Positions 50,057-58,666 of a stretch of DNA of 64,000 nt are shown piece by piece (the stretch's first letter is position 1; every line of letters begins with the position of its first letter). Below the pieces are notes generated by a model. It was not told the origin of the DNA and did not search any database. It saw nothing but the letters and a program-made list of their open reading frames with translations. Origin of the DNA: Pseudomonadota bacterium (GTDB lineage Archaea; Thermoplasmatota; SW-10-69-26; JACQPN01; JAJPHT01); the NCBI GenBank assembly GCA_021325135.1, contig JAJPHT010000046.1, positions 163,885 through 227,884 on the forward strand. Reading direction: 5' to 3'. Made by a program: the position numbers and the translations under genes.

Positions 50057-50884
50057 CTAAACCTTTCCGCCCGGCCTGAGCTTGCGGGCCAGGTCGGCAA
50101 GCGCCTCGCCGGCCGCGCCCTCTCCGGCGCCGGGCTCCACGAGCACGGCGAGGAGCGCGCGCCCCGCGACGGTGGTGGCGGCGAGGAGCCCCCGCTCGTG
50201 CTCCAGGACGAAGGTGTACGCGCGGGGCGTGACACCCGCGAGGCGGCCCACGACGCCCACCTCCGCGTGGAGGGTGAACACGGCGGCGCCCAGGCGGCCG
50301 GCGTCGGCGTCCTCGGGGAGGAGCGCGGCCAGGGGCTTGCCGGCGCCGTCGAAGACGGCCGCGCCGGTGACGTTCCCGCCCACGGCGTCGGAGACGAGCC
50401 TCGCCAGCGCGTCCTCGTCGGGAAGCGCGGGCTCCGACGGCGCGTGGCGGCGGACGGGGATCTCCTGCACGGGGACGACGCGGGCCGCGGTGGCGACGTC
50501 GGGCGCGCGGGCCAGGAGCGCGTCCAGGCGGCGGGGGAGGTCCTCCAGCAGGTGGCCGTCCTTCTGCATGTACTCGGTGGCGCCAAGGCCCAGCGCCTGC
50601 AGCGCGATGTCCTCGGAGCCGTGGCCTGTGAGGAAGAGGATGGGCGTCTCGGGCGCGCTGCTGCGAAGCACGGGAAGGAGGTCCAGCCCGGTGCCGTCGG
50701 GGAGCATGTAGTCGATGACGGCCACGTCGAAGCGGTCGCCGCGGAGGCGGCGCTGCGCCTCGTCGAGGCTCCCGGCGCGGACCACGTGCCAGCCCGCCTT
50801 GCCCACGAGCCTGCGCTCCACCAGCGCGGCCAGGTCCTCCGAGTCCTCCGCGACGAAGACGCGGACCGTCTTGGCGGCCTCCAT
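50057..50884 (-). CDS. Response-regulator receiver fused to Roadblock/LC7 (MglB-like) domain
   Basis: VAEDS, VIDYMLPDGTG, LTG, Y..K; C-terminal GAAVFDGAG..LA...RLGAA...EHERG..LAVL pattern. Confidence 0.78.
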   Translation of the reverse strand: MEAAKTVRVFVAEDSEDLAALVERRLVGKAGWHVVRAGSLDEAQRRLRGDRFDVAVIDYMLPDGTGLDLLPVLRSSAPETPILFLTGHGSEDIALQALGLGATEYMQKDGHLLEDLPRRLDALLARAPDVATAARVVPVQEIPVRRHAPSEPALPDEDALARLVSDAVGGNVTGAAVFDGAGKPLAALLPEDADAGRLGAAVFTLHAEVGVVGRLAGVTPRAYTFVLEHERGLLAATTVAGRALLAVLVEPGAGEGAAGEALADLARKLRPGGKV

Positions 50885-50980
50885 GCCGCGACCCAGGGCG
50901 TGCGGAGCCTTTGAGCCTATCCTCTGCCGCGGCCGGGTGACAGCGCCCTTTCGCGTCCAGCCTTCGATGCCAGGCGCGGG

Positions 50981-51865
50981 TCACTCGTCGCCCAGGGCCG
51001 CGCTCACGGCGCGGGCGAAGGCGGTGAGGCGCTCCAGCGCCTTGGTGGCCCCCGTCTCCTCGGGCATCAGCAGCGCCACGAGCACCTGGCCCGGGACCGC
51101 GGTGACGCCCAGGAGGCCCCCCTCGATGCGCACGAGGGCCGCGTAGGAGATGGGCTTCACGCCGCTGGTGGCCCACAGGCTCGCCACCTGGTTGTGGATG
51201 CTGGCGAGGCCGAAGCCCAGGTTGTGGGCATCGAGGGGCGGCACGAGGCGGTCGGCCAGGACGCGGCCGCGGCTGTCGTACACGGCGGCGGCGAACGCGC
51301 TCTTGCCCACGGCCTCGTCCAGCGCAGGGTCAAGCTCGGTGCGGCGGGGCGCGTGGCGGCGCGGCGGCGCGGCGGGCTCGTCGTCCTCGGGCGCCGGGTC
51401 GTCGTGGACGACCACCGTCGCGGCCTCGCTGGGAAGGAGCGTCTCCACCAATGCGCCCGCGGCGTCGGAGGCCTCCAGGAGCGCATCGATGCGGCGGGGA
51501 AGCTCCTCCGCCAGGTGGCGGTTCTTGACGAGGAAGTCCCCCGCCCCCGTGGAGAGGGCGCGGAACGCCAGGTCCTCGCTCCCTTCGGAGCTGAGGACCA
51601 TGATGCGGATGGAGGGGCTGGTGATGCGCAGGAAGTTCAGCAGGTCGACGCCGCTCCCGTCAGGGAGATCGGCCTCCAGCACGGCGGCGTCGAAGGGCGT
51701 CTCGCCCGCGGCGCGGATGGCCTCCAGCACGGTGCTGGCGCGCGTCACGGTCCAGCCGGGGTGGACCAAGGCCTCGCGCAGGTGGGCGGCCTCGGTGTCG
51801 TCCCCCTCCACCAGGAGAATGTTGGTGGCGGGGGTCTTGCGGTCCAGAGGGGCCACTCCCGGCAT
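50981..51865 (-). CDS. Pseudo-receiver (phospho-Asp replaced by Glu) fused to Roadblock/LC7-like domain
   Basis: LVEGD, VLEADLPDGSG, DFLVK; C-terminal AAAVYDSRG..LA pattern; clear paralog of 50057..50884. Confidence 0.75.
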   Translation of the reverse strand: MPGVAPLDRKTPATNILLVEGDDTEAAHLREALVHPGWTVTRASTVLEAIRAAGETPFDAAVLEADLPDGSGVDLLNFLRITSPSIRIMVLSSEGSEDLAFRALSTGAGDFLVKNRHLAEELPRRIDALLEASDAAGALVETLLPSEAATVVVHDDPAPEDDEPAAPPRRHAPRRTELDPALDEAVGKSAFAAAVYDSRGRVLADRLVPPLDAHNLGFGLASIHNQVASLWATSGVKPISYAALVRIEGGLLGVTAVPGQVLVALLMPEETGATKALERLTAFARAVSAALGDE

Positions 51866-51978
51866 CTACGCCCTGTTCGGGCGCCGGCCCTTCAAGTACC
51901 TGCGGAAAGTCCCGGCCTGGCGGTCGCGCGAGGCGTCTGCGCGAACGCTTATCTGTGGACCTTTGGCCTTTGGGCCCC

Positions 51979-53298
51979 ATGCGCCTGCCCCTCGCCCTTG
52001 CGACCGTCGCCCTCCTCCTCGCCGCGGGGTGCCTCGGCGCCCAGGTCCAGCCGGCGGCCGTGGGCCCCGCGCCCCTCCCGGTCCCGGCCCCGTCCACCAT
52101 GACGTCGGTCATCGACCCCTCGGGCGGCGAAGGCGAGCCCTCCCTGGGCGTCATGCCCGACGGGACCCTCTTCACCAACGGCGCGGGAAGCTCGGGCGGC
52201 CTCTACGTCTCCAAGGACAACGGCACCACCTGGCAGAAGCTGGACAGCCCCACCGCGCCGTGGCCCAACGAGGACCCCGACCTCGCGGTCTCCGGCGACG
52301 GCGTCCTCTGGTACGACAACCTATGGATCGGCTGCACCACCGTCGCCTCCAGCAAGGACATGGGCAAGACGTGGACCTCCTCCCCCGCGGGCTGCGTGCC
52401 CCCGGCGGGCGACCGGCAGTACGTCATCCCCGTGAAGGGCGGCGAGGCTTACGTCTACAGCCACCAGCTCCCCACGTTCTACCAGATGGTCGCCCACACG
52501 ACCGACTACGGCCAGACGTGGACCCCCGTGGGCCCCGCCGAGGGCATCATGCCCCCCGTGGTCACCGGCATCTCCGGCTGGGGCGGCGGCGGCTTCTACA
52601 ACGCCGTCAAGGGGAGCGTCTGGACCACCTTCACCTTCAGCGATGGCCCCGCGGGCTCGGGCTCCACGTGGTCCCCCTCCGCGGGCGTGCTCGCCAAGGG
52701 CGGCAGCACGTTCAGCATGATCCGCCTGCCCAACGCGGGCGGCCAGAGCGTGGGCCTCTCCCTGGTGGTGGGCGCCGCGGACTCCGCGGGCAACGTCTAC
52801 CTCGCGTGGGCCGAGGCCGCCGGCAGCGACCCCAAGACGCAGGTCATGGGCATCTACATGGCCGCCTCCAAGGACGACGGCAAGACGTGGAGCAAGCCCG
52901 TGAAGGTCAACGAGCCCGACAACATGAGCGTCGTCTTCCCCGCCATCACCGCGGGCCCCGCCGGCGAGGTCGCCGTCGCCTACTACGAGGCCAGCAAGCA
53001 GGGCTACCCCGCGCAGATGGACAAGGACACCGCGTGGAACGTCACCCTCGCGTACACCCACGACGCCCTCGACGACGCGCCCACCTTCCAGCACGTGAAC
53101 CTCACCACCGCCAGCGTGCGCCACGGCGCCATCTGCCCCGACGGGAGCAGCTGCACCGCGAACCGCCAGTTCCTGGACTACTTCGCGCTGAAGCGGCTGC
53201 CCGACGGGCGCGTGGGGAGCGTGTTCACCAGCACGGACGCGGTGCAGGGCAAGACCGTGAACGGCTTCGCGGCGACGCTGGAGCCCGTGCTGAAGTGA
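51979..53298 (+). CDS. Lipoprotein with BNR/Asp-box repeats (sialidase-like beta-propeller)
   Basis: AAGC lipobox; SKDNGTTW, SKDMGKTW, TTDYGQTW, SKDDGKTW. Confidence 0.85.
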   Translation: MRLPLALATVALLLAAGCLGAQVQPAAVGPAPLPVPAPSTMTSVIDPSGGEGEPSLGVMPDGTLFTNGAGSSGGLYVSKDNGTTWQKLDSPTAPWPNEDPDLAVSGDGVLWYDNLWIGCTTVASSKDMGKTWTSSPAGCVPPAGDRQYVIPVKGGEAYVYSHQLPTFYQMVAHTTDYGQTWTPVGPAEGIMPPVVTGISGWGGGGFYNAVKGSVWTTFTFSDGPAGSGSTWSPSAGVLAKGGSTFSMIRLPNAGGQSVGLSLVVGAADSAGNVYLAWAEAAGSDPKTQVMGIYMAASKDDGKTWSKPVKVNEPDNMSVVFPAITAGPAGEVAVAYYEASKQGYPAQMDKDTAWNVTLAYTHDALDDAPTFQHVNLTTASVRHGAICPDGSSCTANRQFLDYFALKRLPDGRVGSVFTSTDAVQGKTVNGFAATLEPVLK

Positions 53299-53335
53299 CG
53301 AAACCCCTTTCCAGCCCCGCCAGCATCGCGCCCCC

Positions 53336-54352
53336 GTGCGCCCCGTCGCCCTGCTGGTCCTCCTCGCGCTGATCCTGCCCGGCTGCGCCACGAGCCCGGG
53401 GCAGTCCGCGGCGCCCGTCACCTTCCAGGCCATCCGCTTCGAGGTGCAGGTGGACGCCACGCGCCTGGGGACGTTCACGGCGATCCTCTTCCCCAACGAG
53501 ACGCCCGCCACCTACGCGTTCATGCGCAACCTCACCACGCAGGGCTACTATGATGGACGCGAGTTCACGCGGATCATCCCCGGCTTCGTCGTCCAGCAGG
53601 TGGACCGCACGGGGGGCACGACCGACACCAAGGAGACGATCCCCCTGGAGGCGGGGCGCAACGTCACGTTCAGCGCGGGGGCGTTCGGCATCGCGCGGGG
53701 CGACCTGCCCGACAGCGGGGGCCCCGAGTTCTTCATCATGGACTTCGCCAACACGTCGGCCGCGCTCTACGGCAACTACACCGCGTGGGGGCAGGTGGTG
53801 GACGGCATGGACGTCGTGCACGCCATCGCGCGCGTGCCCAGCGTGCGCAACCCCGCGTGCGGGAACGCCGCCACCGCGGGCGTCGCGTGCTTCCTGGGCG
53901 CGCCCGTGAACGGGACGCCCTCCACCTTCGACGAGGAGGCGGTGGTGCCGCCCAAGATCACCACCGCGCGCATGACCACCGTCTCGCTGCCCGCCTCCGT
54001 CGCGGCGCGCTACCCGCTCCAGGCCGGCCCGCCGCAGGTGCGCGACAACCTCCGCATGACGCTGGAGTGGCCCCACGACCTGCGCGCGGGCGCCGCGTCG
54101 CCCATCACCTGGTACGTGTGGAACCGGCCCGGCACGGGCGCCAACGACCCGCCCGCGCCCGACCTCTCCAAGGCCTACGCCTTGGCGCAGGGCCCGGCGT
54201 CGAACCAGACGCTCCAGCCCAAGCCCGACGCCGCCGACGGCCGCATCCTGCACTTCACCTGGACGCCGCCCGCGCCGGGAAGCTATCACGTCAGCCTGCG
54301 CAACGAGAGCGCGGAGATGGCGGCCGTGGACGTCGTGGTTCCCATGGGCTGA
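53336..54352 (+). CDS. Lipoprotein cyclophilin-type peptidyl-prolyl isomerase with C-terminal Ig-like domain
   Basis: LPGC lipobox; TP.T...NL...GYYDG..F.RIIPGFVVQ, SGG.EFFI, YT.WGQVVDGMDVV. Confidence 0.85.
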   Translation: MRPVALLVLLALILPGCATSPGQSAAPVTFQAIRFEVQVDATRLGTFTAILFPNETPATYAFMRNLTTQGYYDGREFTRIIPGFVVQQVDRTGGTTDTKETIPLEAGRNVTFSAGAFGIARGDLPDSGGPEFFIMDFANTSAALYGNYTAWGQVVDGMDVVHAIARVPSVRNPACGNAATAGVACFLGAPVNGTPSTFDEEAVVPPKITTARMTTVSLPASVAARYPLQAGPPQVRDNLRMTLEWPHDLRAGAASPITWYVWNRPGTGANDPPAPDLSKAYALAQGPASNQTLQPKPDAADGRILHFTWTPPAPGSYHVSLRNESAEMAAVDVVVPMG

Positions 54353-54507
54353 GCGCGTGCGCGCCGCCATGGGCCCCGCGCATGAGCAAGACCCTGGCTC
54401 TCCTTCTCGTCGCGGCCTCGTGGGCGGCGCCCTCTGCGGCGCCATCGCGCTCGACTGCGGCGTGACCCACATGCCCTGCTTCGGGTGAGGCGCGCTGGGC
54501 CTGGCCA

Positions 54508-54849
54508 TCAGGACGGTTCGGCGTGCGTCTCGCCCGCGATGCCCCGCGGGGCGGAGGGCACGGGGTCCACGTCCTCCACTTGGAGCCGGACGGCCACGTC
54601 CGGGGCTTCGGGGGTCTCGACCACGACGCGCTCTTCGCGCGGCTGGACGCGGCGGAGGGCCCGGCGCGGGGCGTTGGCCATGAAGTAGATGGCGGCCAGG
54701 GCGCAGACGCCGAAGACGACGAGGGTGAACACCAGCAGCCCGTTGGGGAGCGCGCCAGTGCCCAGGAAGACGGCGGTGGTGACGAGCGCGTGGACGCTCA
54801 CGAGGCCCACGAGGAGCCAGAGGGTGCGGTTGCGGTTGGTGGGGTTCAT
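54508..54849 (-). CDS. Small two-TM membrane protein
   Basis: ATGA overlap with upstream gene; two hydrophobic helices. Confidence 0.7.
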   Translation of the reverse strand: MNPTNRNRTLWLLVGLVSVHALVTTAVFLGTGALPNGLLVFTLVVFGVCALAAIYFMANAPRRALRRVQPREERVVVETPEAPDVAVRLQVEDVDPVPSAPRGIAGETHAEPS

Positions 54850-55451
54850 GGTCCGCCTCCGAAGCGGTTGGCGAGGAAGAGGAGAACGAGGCTGCCGGCG
54901 CTGCCGGTCGTCGCCATGACGTACTTCGCGATGCTGGCGGGCTCGGCCGCGCCGTTGGTCGCGAAGGGGGAGTAGATGATCTGCGCGAGCGACTCTCCGG
55001 GAGGCGCCGTCGCGTTGGTGGAGCCCTTGGTGAGCCCCGCGTCGGGGGCGCCGGTGGAGGTGACCTCGAAGTGGGCCTGCGCGGCGGGGGCGCCGCCCGG
55101 GAGCGCGAGGAGGTCCGTCTCCTGGAAGCTCACGGTGTAGTTGCCCAGCCCGGCCGGCGCCGGGACGTCCCAGCTGTACGTCGTGCTGCCGGGCGAGACG
55201 CGGACGACGACGAGGCTCGTGTCGGCCTCGCAGGGCGTGGAGCCACCCCCGGGCGCCGTGATGGCGCACGTCGCGCTGCGCTGGAGGGCGACGTCCGCAA
55301 GCCCGGGCGAGGGGACGGTATAGAGAAGGTGGAGCGTCTGGCCGGGGGCCGCCACGGAGGGCTCGACGCGCCCGGCCTCCTGGGCCTGCGCCGAAGGGGC
55401 GAGGAGGAGCGCCATTGCGACCAGGAAGAAGGCGCAGATCGCTCCTCGCAT
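54846..55451 (-). CDS. Secreted Ig-like protein with C-terminal hydrophobic anchor
   Basis: Signal peptide ending AQA, Cys pair, G.YTV motif, C-terminal hydrophobic segment. Confidence 0.7.
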   Translation of the reverse strand: MRGAICAFFLVAMALLLAPSAQAQEAGRVEPSVAAPGQTLHLLYTVPSPGLADVALQRSATCAITAPGGGSTPCEADTSLVVVRVSPGSTTYSWDVPAPAGLGNYTVSFQETDLLALPGGAPAAQAHFEVTSTGAPDAGLTKGSTNATAPPGESLAQIIYSPFATNGAAEPASIAKYVMATTGSAGSLVLLFLANRFGGGP

Positions 55452-55503
55452 ATGTTCGAACGATTCCGCAACGTCCTGATAAAACTTCAGGCGCGCCTGG
55501 CGC

Positions 55504-56793
55504 TCAGGGCTCCTCCGAAGGTTGGCCGGCGGGAGCCGCGTGCCGGCGGCACTCCTCCCAGATGGCCCGGGCCCGCGCCGGCACCGTGCGCTTGGCAAGG
55601 CGGTACCCTTCGGCGTCCATGCTCCCGCGGCTGTGCTCCAGGAGGATACCCTCGACCCGCTCGGCGCCGACCCGCGCGACGTCGTCGATGCCCCGGAGGC
55701 CCGCGCGGTGGAGCGCGTCGGCCCACCCGGGCCCGATGCCGCGGACGCTCATCAGCTCCGCCAGGCTGCGCAGCTTCGCGAGGCGCGGCGCGCCGATGCC
55801 GGTCGCGTCGCTCAGCGCGCCCAGGTCGGCATAGAGCAGCGCGTCGGCCAGGTTGAGGCCCACGAGCCGGAGCGCGCGGACCTCCTCCTCGCGGACGCCG
55901 TGGATCTCGCCGACGCGGTTCGTGTCGACGGGATAGAGCCGCGCCGCGCGGGGCATGCCAGGCATGCGGGCCGGGGGCTCCGCGCGCTCGTGGAGGGCCT
56001 GCGCCCGCGCCTCCATCGCGGCGAGCTTCTCGGCGAAGTCCTCCGCGCGCGCCTCGGCGGTCTGGCAGAGGCCCGCGAGGGCCTCGCGCTCCCAGGCCGC
56101 GCGGACGTCCTTCTCCTCGCGCTCCTGGAGCGCGAGCGCAGCCTCCGCGTGGGCGGCCAAGAGGTCGCGCAGCTCGCGGAGCAGCGCGTCGTTCCGCTCC
56201 TGGACAAGCGCGGCGTGCCGGCGCGTCTCGTCAAGCTCCCTCGTGCGGAACGCCAGCTTCTCCTCCAGGCCTTCGCGCGCTGTGCGCTCCTGGGACGCGC
56301 GGTCCTCGACCTGCTCCAGTTGCCGCGCCGTCGTGAGGGCCTGCGTCTGGAGCCGGTCCCGCTCGGCGTGCAGCGCGCGGAGGGAGGCCTCCAGCGCTTC
56401 CCCCTTCTCCCGGATCGCCTCGAGGTCGCGCTGGGCGTCCAGGAGGAGCGCCGCGTCGCGCCGGCGCCCTTCGCGGGCGAGGTCGTGGAGCTGGAGAGCG
56501 CGCTGCGCGCGCAGGCGGTCCTGCTCGCGCAGCCGCTGGGCCTCCAGCAGGCGCGACTCCAGCTCCTCGATCCTCCCGCTCAGATGGGCCCGCTCCTGCC
56601 GGGCCTCGTGGAGCTCGCGCTCGTGCGCCGCGCCTGGCGCGAAGGCGGGCCGGGGCGCGTCGAGGCGCCGCCGGTCGAGCTCGGACTCAAGCTCCGCGAT
56701 GCGGAGCTCGGCCTCCTCGAAGGCCTTCCAGAGGAGGGCGAGGCGGTCGCGGTCGTTCGTCTCGTCGTGCTTCACGGTCGGTTGGGTCTTCAT
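55504..56793 (-). CDS. Long coiled-coil protein with C-terminal helix-hairpin-helix (DUF4332-like) domain
   Basis: About 290 aa of E/R/L/A heptads, then ELMSVRGIGPGWADALHRAG. Confidence 0.75.
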   Translation of the reverse strand: MKTQPTVKHDETNDRDRLALLWKAFEEAELRIAELESELDRRRLDAPRPAFAPGAAHERELHEARQERAHLSGRIEELESRLLEAQRLREQDRLRAQRALQLHDLAREGRRRDAALLLDAQRDLEAIREKGEALEASLRALHAERDRLQTQALTTARQLEQVEDRASQERTAREGLEEKLAFRTRELDETRRHAALVQERNDALLRELRDLLAAHAEAALALQEREEKDVRAAWEREALAGLCQTAEARAEDFAEKLAAMEARAQALHERAEPPARMPGMPRAARLYPVDTNRVGEIHGVREEEVRALRLVGLNLADALLYADLGALSDATGIGAPRLAKLRSLAELMSVRGIGPGWADALHRAGLRGIDDVARVGAERVEGILLEHSRGSMDAEGYRLAKRTVPARARAIWEECRRHAAPAGQPSEEP

Positions 56794-57452
56794 TCGTCAG
56801 TCCCCCTCAGGATGCCCCATCGCTGGAGCGCGGAGTGGAGGTCGGCCTGCGCGGGCGTCTCGCCCTCCTGCCAGCCGCGCTCGTCGATGGCGCGCTCGAC
56901 GTCGTCGACGTCGCGGCGGCCGGAGCGGCCGGTGAGGACGATCTCGCGCTGTCCGTGGCGCTCCTCGACGAGGACCGCGCCGGTGCGCGTCTCGTACACC
57001 TTGCGCGCGGAGGCCTCGCCCGGCGTCTGGGCCCGGCCCGCGCGCTCGACGCGCACGAAGCGCTCGAATTCCAGGAGCGCGCCCAGGACGCAGAGGAGCG
57101 CGGCCGCGCCGGGCGCCAGGAGCGCCACTTGCAGCCACGGGTTGCCGGGCGCCACGCCCAGGAACGTCGCGACCAGGAGAGCCACAAGGAACCCAAAGAG
57201 GAGAAGCGCGACGAGGGAGCGGAGCCCGTCGAGCGCGGCCCAGCGCCCGCGCGTGTGGGCCGCAGGCCGCCCGACGCGCGCCGCGAAGGCGAGGAACCCG
57301 GCGACGCCGAGGCAGGCCTCGGCGAGGAGGGTGGCCACGAGGGCGGGAACGGGGTCGCTGGAGCGGCCGGCTTCGCGCAGCCCCACGGCGATGGCGGCGC
57401 TCGCGGCGGCGGCCAGGGCCCAGAGCAGGCTGCGAACGTGGTTGGGCTTCAC
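56790..57452 (-). CDS. Four-TM membrane protein with soluble C-terminal domain
   Basis: Hydrophobic helices; abuts upstream stop and overlaps downstream start (ATGA). Confidence 0.7.
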   Translation of the reverse strand: MKPNHVRSLLWALAAAASAAIAVGLREAGRSSDPVPALVATLLAEACLGVAGFLAFAARVGRPAAHTRGRWAALDGLRSLVALLLFGFLVALLVATFLGVAPGNPWLQVALLAPGAAALLCVLGALLEFERFVRVERAGRAQTPGEASARKVYETRTGAVLVEERHGQREIVLTGRSGRRDVDDVERAIDERGWQEGETPAQADLHSALQRWGILRGTDE

Positions 57453-57453
57453 G

Positions 57454-58152
57454 TCAGATCCTCCCAAGACGGACGATGGACCAGCCGCCCAGCGCCGTGG
57501 CGGCGACGAGGAGCAGCATGAGCCCGCCCGACGCGCTCTCCCAGGGCATCGGGACCTCCGGGAGCGCGTCGCTGCGGGGCGCCGTCGCGGCGCCACCGGC
57601 GGCGGGCGCCGAGGCGGGGGTGGGGGCCGGGGGCGGCAAGGGGAGGACGGGCGGCGTCGGGCTGCCGGCGGGCGGGGTCGCGGGCGTGGGGCTCGGGGGC
57701 GGCGCGGGAGCGGCGCCGCGGGCGAGGAGGAGGCTCACGGGAACGGCGCTGCCCAGGAGACCTCCGCCGGTCTCGACGCCGACGCTGAGGACGTCGCCCT
57801 TCGACACGGCGGTCTCGGGGTTGTCGAGGCGCAGCGTCGCCTCCCCTGGAAGCGCGCCGCCGGGAAGGCTCCCTGTCCCCAGGGGCTCGCCGTTGCGGAG
57901 GAGCGTCGCGCGGAGCGGCCCTTCGAGGACCCCGCTTCCGCGGACCTGGATCGCGGCCCCGGCGCGAAGGACGAAGGCCTCGCCGGCGGGGGCGGCGCGG
58001 TAGAGCCCGCTGGCGGAGGAGCCCGCTCCGGGCGTCTCGTCGAGGCGTCCGTCGGGGTGGAAGTAGAGGGTCTGGGGCGTCTCCGACGCCAGCGCGGCCG
58101 GAAGGAGGGCGAGGGCCGCAGCAAGTCCGCCCAGGAGAGGAGCACGGCGCAT
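57454..58152 (-). CDS. Secreted protein with Pro-rich stalk and C-terminal TM anchor
   Basis: Signal peptide, TLYFH beta domain, Pro/Ala linker, TM helix; CTTAAG box about 27 nt upstream. Confidence 0.75.
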   Translation of the reverse strand: MRRAPLLGGLAAALALLPAALASETPQTLYFHPDGRLDETPGAGSSASGLYRAAPAGEAFVLRAGAAIQVRGSGVLEGPLRATLLRNGEPLGTGSLPGGALPGEATLRLDNPETAVSKGDVLSVGVETGGGLLGSAVPVSLLLARGAAPAPPPSPTPATPPAGSPTPPVLPLPPPAPTPASAPAAGGAATAPRSDALPEVPMPWESASGGLMLLLVAATALGGWSIVRLGRI

Positions 58153-58211
58153 CTCGGCTGCTCGCCCGCTGGGAGGGCTTAAGGGTTCAGCCAGGGCCGT
58201 TTGAGACGCGC

Positions 58212-58577
58212 CTATCGCCCGAGGCTCTCCCTCAGCTCATCCAGGAGCGCGAGGTCGCGCACCAGTGCCCCGCGCGCGTCGGCCTCGATCCTGCCCAGCA
58301 CGTCCTTGGCCTCGCCCGCCAGATGATATCGCAGGGGCGGGCGCCCCGGCCCCGCCTTGGCGACGGGCTCCTTGCGTAGCGCGCCGCGCGTCTCCAGCAG
58401 GCGCACGCCCTCGCTGACCTCCTGGGGCGTGAGCGAGGCGGCCTCGGCGAGGTCGGCGGCGAGCCACCAGCCGCCCCGGGCGAGGAGGACGAGGCAGCGC
58501 GCGGGGGGGCGCGGCAGGCCCGCGGCGTCCAGGAGCTCCGAGGCGCGGCGCTCGTCGGGCGTGAGCGGCTTGGCCAC
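58212..58577 (-). CDS. Winged-HTH transcriptional regulator (TrmB-like)
   Basis: GLPRPPAR.L..L, DLAEA..L...EVS....L, GRP...Y.L. Confidence 0.8.
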   Translation of the reverse strand: MAKPLTPDERRASELLDAAGLPRPPARCLVLLARGGWWLAADLAEAASLTPQEVSEGVRLLETRGALRKEPVAKAGPGRPPLRYHLAGEAKDVLGRIEADARGALVRDLALLDELRESLGR

Positions 58578-58666
58578 GCCCCCGCACGGGCGTGCCGGAC
58601 GCTTGGGCCTTCCGCATTGCGGCGTTGGCGCACGTTCATCCGGCCGCGGGCGGTCCCGGGGGCAAG

